16,725 nucleotides of DNA from contig CAVWBU010000003.1 of the NCBI GenBank assembly GCA_963753345.1, forward strand, positions 1-16,725. The letters are read 5' to 3'. Positions 15,476-16,725 of the stretch are shown in pieces (within the stretch, counting starts at the first letter, position 1; every line of letters starts with the position of its first letter). Origin of the DNA: an uncultured Fibrobacterota bacterium. Its GTDB lineage: Bacteria; Fibrobacterota; Chitinivibrionia; Chitinivibrionales; FEN-1185. The translations under genes were made by a program, and so were the position numbers. Under the pieces are notes generated by a model that was not told where the DNA came from, made no database searches, and saw only the letters and a program-made list of their open reading frames with translations.

Positions 15476-16117
15476 TTAGAATGCCACCCTGAACCCGGCC
15501 CGCAGGCCTATGCCGCTCATGTCGCGCTTGGCAAAAAGGCCGGCGGTGTTGCTCTGCGTTTTTGTCCCCGCCCATTGATACTCAACGCCGAGAAAAATCG
15601 TGCTGCTTTCACCAAGGTTATAATTTGCATCGACGATGGCTTTCATTATTAAGCCGTAGTAATAGTCGCTATGAGATGTGGTTGTCGTATCATGAGGTGT
15701 CTTTGTCGTATCGTAATTTTGTCCGGTTGTGATTGAATACATTGAATTGAAACCAATCTGGAACTGGGCCGACGGATGGACGATTAAATTCGGAACAGGA
15801 TCGATCATGACAAAGCCCAAAACAGGGAACATGAAACTTTTATCGGCGCTGAGGACATGCCATTTTCCCGTAGAAGTATCCTGGACGTCCTTCGATCGAG
15901 TGTTCCAGAGAAAATCTCCTGCAACGCCAAACGCGATTTTCCTGTCGACAATGATGCCGTATTGCAGCTCCGCGTCTCCCGAAGGGATTCCCGTATTAAG
16001 CAGCGCCTGGGGCCACGTTGTCCCGATTTTAAGCGAGAGCAGGTTTTCGGCCCGTGGTGGAAAAAGCGCTGCGGAAACAGCAAGGAGGAACAACGCGAGC
16101 AAACCGTTGCGTTTCAT
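15476..16117 (-). CDS. Outer-membrane beta-barrel protein (small, probably 8-stranded)
   Basis: Sec signal peptide, alternating amphipathic strands, C-terminal GIGLRAGFRVAF ending in Phe; AAGGA RBS. Confidence 0.78.
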   Translation of the reverse strand: MKRNGLLALFLLAVSAALFPPRAENLLSLKIGTTWPQALLNTGIPSGDAELQYGIIVDRKIAFGVAGDFLWNTRSKDVQDTSTGKWHVLSADKSFMFPVLGFVMIDPVPNLIVHPSAQFQIGFNSMYSITTGQNYDTTKTPHDTTTTSHSDYYYGLIMKAIVDANYNLGESSTIFLGVEYQWAGTKTQSNTAGLFAKRDMSGIGLRAGFRVAF

Positions 16118-16299
16118 GGCATTCCTTTCTTTTTGGGCAAAATTCTTTTTTCGGATGATCGTAATATAAGCTGAAAAACCTTCGTCTAATATAATAAAAA
16201 TCTGAATTACCCTGGGAAAACGCGATCAACATATTTTAGGAGCAACGCCGGACCATGTCCGGCGGTGACGCGATTTCAATCCAACAAGGAAAGAACCGT

Positions 16300-16725
16300 A
16301 TGAAACGAAACGCAGCAGCGGTTTTATGCGTTTTCCTGTTCGCAGGATGCTACACGCAGTTTGCGTACGTAAATCGGGCCGCGATCGAAGGCATGCCGCC
16401 CGACTCGGCCCTCCCGGCCGACAGCGCGAGGGCCTACATCCGCGACAGCGTCCCCGCAAACCCCAACCAGGTATGCTACTGGACAAGGGATATGTGGGGG
16501 AGGCCTCAACTGGTGTGCGAGGATGCGGATTACGGAAGGGACTGGTACCGTTACAACTATTATCCCTGGTGGAACCGTTCCGACCCGTATTACTACGGTT
16601 CGTACAATTCCTACGGATGGGACGAGCGGTGTCCGGCGTACTATTATTACGATTATTCCTGCGGCGCGTGCCGGTACTATTCCGGCTACGAGGGAACCGG
16701 CAATTCATGGTGGTGGAATTCTCCT
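16300..16725 (+). CDS. Tyr/Trp-rich lipoprotein, truncated by the window end (not in ORF track)
   Basis: Manual translation MKRNAAAVLCVFLFAGCYTQFAYVNR...DWYRYNYYPWWNRSDPYYYGSYNSYGW... is open to the end of the window. Lipobox FAG-C; AAGGA RBS. Confidence 0.8.
   Translation, partial: MKRNAAAVLCVFLFAGCYTQFAYVNRAAIEGMPPDSALPADSARAYIRDSVPANPNQVCYWTRDMWGRPQLVCEDADYGRDWYRYNYYPWWNRSDPYYYGSYNSYGWDERCPAYYYYDYSCGACRYYSGYEGTGNSWWWNSP

Noticed and set aside
15444-15575. N-terminal extension of dtd in the ORF track
   Set aside because: Overlaps the OMP gene; homology starts at MRIVLQRV (TTG 15443) with its own RBS.
16226-16708. 160-aa minus-strand ORF
   Set aside because: Antisense to the lipobox-bearing + strand ORF; composition is not protein-like.
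1-16725. CRISPR array, tRNA/rRNA, transposase, integrase or reverse transcriptase
   Set aside because: No repeat-spacer periodicity, cloverleaf or catalytic motifs of these families were seen.

Overview
Bacterial chromosomal window, GC-rich in the core genes. An FCB-group host such as Fibrobacterota is a weak inference from gene style. The left part is a translationally coupled + strand operon: an XPB-partner-like protein (Helicase_C_3 plus a probable WYL-like C-terminus), DNA polymerase III alpha (dnaE, with one +1 and one -1 frameshift that are most likely homopolymer sequencing errors) and plsC. The middle (~6.2-11.4 kb) is a visibly AT-richer accessory region. It holds a ~310-nt multi-stem non-coding element, a small orphan ORF, and a co-oriented minus-strand series: EFR1 ferredoxin, flavodoxin, Fic-wHTH protein and a stand-alone class III nucleotide cyclase. 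This series is punctuated by integron attC-like hairpins with no integrase in the window, a 42-bp duplication of the flavodoxin 3' end bracketing the Fic gene, a symmetric TACTAA operator array over the Fic promoter, and heptamer repeats. The right part has a PfkB kinase, two more structured intergenic elements (one Flavo-1-like), a secreted tandem double alpha/beta-hydrolase, dtd, an outer-membrane beta-barrel protein and a divergent Tyr/Trp-rich lipoprotein cut by the window end.
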